Origin: Leucoraja erinacea
Lineage: Eukaryota
NCBI RefSeq assembly: GCF_028641065.1
Contig: NC_073379.1
Coordinates: forward strand, 74,338,001 to 74,402,000
Direction: 5' to 3'
DNA length: 64,000 nucleotides
The notes under the pieces were generated by a model, which was not told where the DNA came from, did no database searches, and saw nothing but the letters and a program-made list of their open reading frames with translations. Positions 59,862-64,000 of this stretch are shown here, one piece after another; positions within the stretch are counted from its first letter, which is position 1; the number at the start of each line of letters is the position of its first letter. The position numbers were made by a program, and so were the translations under genes.

Positions 59862-61344
59862 CTATGTTTCAGAGGAAACACAAGCTTATATGCCACATAT
59901 TACCAAGTAGGTAAATAAAGCTTTTTCAATGCTTGTCAAAAGATTGCAGCTTGCTTGTTCAATTCCTATTAAATGATGTATGGTAACCATGACGATTAAA
60001 TGAAAGCATTGAAGTCTGATTTACCATCTGGTTAACAAAAAGGCAGGAAAACCTTTATGTCCTTCCTCTTATTCACTAAACTAGTCATGAGTACATTTCT
60101 GTAATTTATTAATGATTAACAACAATCAATCATGGGCTACCAATTTCATTTTAATGGTTCAATCTTTAATTAATAATTCATGTTTTAAAAGCATCTTTGA
60201 CTTGTACTTCAAGTACTGCCATCTATCAGCAAATGAGATACTATATTATTTGATAGGGGGTTGGAAATGATAAAAATGTATAAATCATTAGAAAAACATC
60301 AGAGCTATCGGGAAAAAAAAAGCTCCATAATCCATGTAATGCCTCCATATTGAATCTATTCTTTGAATCTGGTTAGTGTTCTTGGTCAATGCATCAGTTT
60401 GACAGAGGGTCAGATGGAGATATGTCATTAGGATCACATATACATTACATATCAGATGCCACAGCAGTGGTTGTGTGCAGATAAATGAAGGCAGATCAAA
60501 TTCAGAATGTTTGTAGGGCAGGTGACAATCTGTTGGTTAAAGTGTCTAAAACATAAGTTGTTATTGTTCAGATGTAAATGAAAATAAATGTTCCAGCATT
60601 ATTGCATTACAATGGTGACAGAATAAACGGGGAAATCATGTGTAGGAAGAAACTACAGATGCGAGTTTATAACGAAGATAGACATAAAATGCTGGAGTAA
60701 TTAATGGGTCAGGCAGCATCTCTGGGGAAAAAGTTCAGAACCCTTCTTCAAACATCATTATGATGTGTAATTGAGATCTAGATTTTTCATTGTGTTGAAT
60801 TTGGGTACAGCAGATATTTTACTACTCAATTTCAATTTAAAATATATATAGATATTCCTCTTCCATGGAGAAGTAAGATAGGTAGAATTCATGATGAGGC
60901 TAGGTTATTGAAGGAGTAAACTTTATGGAGTAAATAATGCCCTTCTACATTACCTCTTCATGTACATTCTCTCAAATCTATAAGCCAAACAATGTTGTTA
61001 GATACACTAAAGAGTTACTCAGCTAAACCAAAACATAAAACAATTATGAGATACTGCAATAAAAAGGAACTACAGATGCTGGTTTATACCAAAGAAGGGC
61101 ACAAAATGCTGGAGTAACTCAACGGGTTATGAAGTATATCCGGAGAAAATGGGTAAGTGAGTCTGAAAAAGGGTCGAAACATCACTTATCCATTTTCTCC
61201 AGAGATGCTCCCTGACCCGCTGAGTTACTCCAGCATTGTATATCTATTTATGAGATACTGCACTATGTTTTTAAGGGTGAAACTACTCAGGTACAATATC
61301 ACCATTAATTGGTCAACAGCAATCCATTTACACTTATAAACCTC

Positions 61345-62100
61345 TAAAGATGCATGATACATACTGTCAAGTTGTATCACAGCTTGGTTTGGAAGCAGTT
61401 CTGCCCAAGCAAGTGCGGAGAGTAGTAGATGTAGTCCAGTCTATCACACAGGTCAGACTTCCCACCATTGACTTCATCCACACATCACGATGCCTAGTTG
61501 AAGCTGCCGATTTTGTCAGACTTATCCCACCACAGACATTCTTTCTCCTGGCTCCCTTCCGGCCAAGGGTACAGGAGCATGAAAGCGCGCTCCACAAGAC
61601 TCAGGAACAACATATTATCTTCTGTTATCAGGCTTCTGAACAGTCCTTCCATAAGCTAGGGTAGATTTATCTCTACACCATTGGACAGAGAGTGGTGAAT
61701 CTATGGAACTCTCTGCCACAGAAGGTAGTTGAGGCCAGTTCATTGGCTATATTTAAGAGGGAGTTAGATGTGGCCCTTGTGGCTAAAGGGATCAGGGGGT
61801 ATGGAGAGAAGGCAGGTACAGGATACTGAGTTGGATGATCAGCCATGATCATATTGAATGGCGGTGCAGGCTCGAAGGGCCGAATGGCCTACTCCTGCAC
61901 CTATTTTCTATGTTTCTATGTTTGTCTATGGAACTGATGCATGGCAATGCTGAGAATTATGTGGCTTTGCTCTATCTATGGGATTTCAGTTTAACTTGAT
62001 TGTATGTATGTATAGTTTTACCTGAACTGTTTGGGTAGCATGCAAAGCAAAGCTTTTCACTGTACCTCAGTGTACATGACAATAATAAACCTAAACATAA
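61345..62100 (+). mobile_element. Decayed Rex1 3' fragment with a nested young CR1 tail (61684-61925)
   Basis: RRVVDVVQSITQVRLPTIDFIHTSRCL motif. The CR1 tail is of the same type as 55380-55628. Confidence 0.75.
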
Positions 62101-63443
62101 AAAAATCTAAAATCTGCATTTTAAGTGAGCAATAGCAGGAAAAAAGGCTAAAGATATATATTTTTCACTTTTTCGCCAGTTGTGATGTAGCAATTGTTCC
62201 TGTCCACCTTTTTTCATTCATAAACAAAAAGCCAATGTAAGACTGCAGACAGTTGAAATCGAAAATAAAAACAGAATTACTACAAATATTCAATGAGTCA
62301 GGTAACATCTGCAGGCTGAGAAAAATTATTAATGTTTCAAGTTTTGCCAGAACAATGAATGATTCATTTTGTGTCATGGATTACAGTGTGATCATTGAGA
62401 GAGGGAAACTGCAGACATAACAACCCCAAGCTCATCGTGAGTGAGAAACCACCAAACCAGAACATATAGCGCTAAACCCATTTAAGAAACTCTGGGCCCA
62501 GATTAATTGACAAGATAATTGTTAAAAGCAAACCACAGGATTAGAGTGATCAGCATGGGAGCAATTCTGGGAAACTGTTTTGACAAAGATGATCACCATT
62601 TGATCGGTAAAAAAATGGAATACGAGAATGCAAATAAGTTGCAGAATAAGTGAATTCCGTTCTTTGTGTTTCACATAATTTTGACAATTGGTATCGGCAT
62701 TTCACAGATCTATAACCCTACAAGTAGGGAACATTGTTTTGTGTGTACATGTTACACATTTTTTAATCTTGTACACAAAATGGACAGTGGGGGGCAAGAT
62801 AACATTTAAGATAACACAAGTAAGGTAACATTTTACAGCTATAAATTATGAAAGTTGTATTAAGTATGAAAGCAAGATTGCAATTTGAATCTTAAAACAT
62901 AAAATATTAAATATGCAGAATAGTAAGGAAAGTGGTGGCTGATGCAAATTCATTGACTGGAACTATTAACTTTGCTTGGCTTGTTGCAGATGCTACCTGA
63001 CCTGATGAGCATTCCTGATGTTATTAAGGAAATGAGTTGAAGAGTTGGAAAGTTGTTAAAATGTTTAAAAAAATAGTTTGATGGAGGTACAAGGAATTGC
63101 AGATGCTGGAATCTTGTGCAAACACAAAGTGGTGGAGGAACTCAACAGGTTAAGCAGCACCTGCAGAGGCAATGGACAGATGATGTTTCAGGTTGAGACC
63201 CTTCTTTAGACTCAAAGATAGTTTGATTCTGCACTCAAAGCCAGTTACTGTGATTATACTAAAGGGAGTGCTACTGAAGCAACTAAGCAGGTCAGGTAGC
63301 ACCAGTGGAAGGGAATGGATCATTGATGCTAAGTTATGAACCCTCTGAATTCCTCTGACATTAGTTGTTGAGTCATTGCACATTTCCTGTTTTTATTTTA
63401 GATTTCCAGCATCTGCAGTTATTGCTTTGATTTTCAATATATA

Positions 63444-64000
63444 CTAGACTAAGTGGGACCCATTGGGTCTCAGCATCACACAGGAGGGCTGGTCATCCAA
63501 CGCAATATTCCACCTCTCCACCAATTCTAATATTGGTGGCCAGTTGGGGGGGGGGGGGGGGGGGGGGGGGCTTTCTGGAACGCTAGTATGGGTGTTGTGG
63601 GCTGAAGGGACTGGTTTCCAGAGGGTCAGTATGCAAATTGTGAGGCAAATGGATTCTTGGGCTGGCGTCTCAGTCAATCAAGCCTGTTGTGCTGGCAACT
63701 CACTCACTCACGGCTGGTGGGCTGGTAGTTTACTCACGGCTAATTCTTGAAATTCTATTTCAAGCAGGGTATAAGGCCACCAAATTCAAGTGCAGTTTCT
63801 TACCACTTCTAGCAGGGTGCAAGGCCACCAAATTCAAGTGCAGTTTCCTACCATTTGAAGTAGGGTGCAAAGCCACTAAAGACAGTGAGTCGTGACCTCT
63901 CTCCCTCCTCCATCTTGCAGAGACTGAGCCACACCCACATTTCCGTGTTTTATAACCCCTCCCCCCCCCCCCCCCCCCCCCCCCAACTGGAAACAGGGGT
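63444..64000 (-). mobile_element. Helitron-like non-autonomous element, 3' end (runs off the window)
   Basis: The minus strand ends gacccaatgggtc (hairpin) ccacttagt CTAG|T. Internal ~48-bp tandem repeat at 63762-63880. Confidence 0.55.

Noticed and set aside
59971-60022. C/D-box snoRNA-like ATGATG...CTGA
   Set aside because: Too short, with an imperfect C box and no convincing terminal stem or guide.

Overview
This is vertebrate genomic DNA, not prokaryotic, and I found no CRISPR, rRNA or operons. HE1-type V-SINEs with their partner CR1 (HER1-like) LINEs point to an elasmobranch, probably a skate or ray (inference). The window is dominated by transposable elements: many CR1 fragments plus one near-intact full-length CR1 with an SGNH-esterase ORF1; a decayed Academ-like DNA transposon; a 5'-truncated DIRS1 tyrosine-recombinase element; L2, Rex1 and Tx1 remnants; Harbinger-type MITEs with TWA TSDs; a hAT-like and a P-like non-autonomous element; a Helitron-like end; and about 20 palindromic Penelope-derived repeats. 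Host-gene evidence is limited to a minus-strand CCAAT/GC/TATA-like promoter near 25.5 kb and a few candidate small exons whose products I cannot name. The most notable signals are three. (1) A ~135-bp TSD-flanked retroposon whose first base is G1 of a CPEB3/HDV-like ribozyme fold (15069-15203). (2) A P-superfamily-like element carrying three internal head-to-head TIR palindromes that look like P excision footprints, inside a five-layer nest (44040-47970). (3) Minimal hammerhead ribozyme cores spread across the Penelope-derived repeats. All family assignments come from motif recognition by eye, not from database searches.
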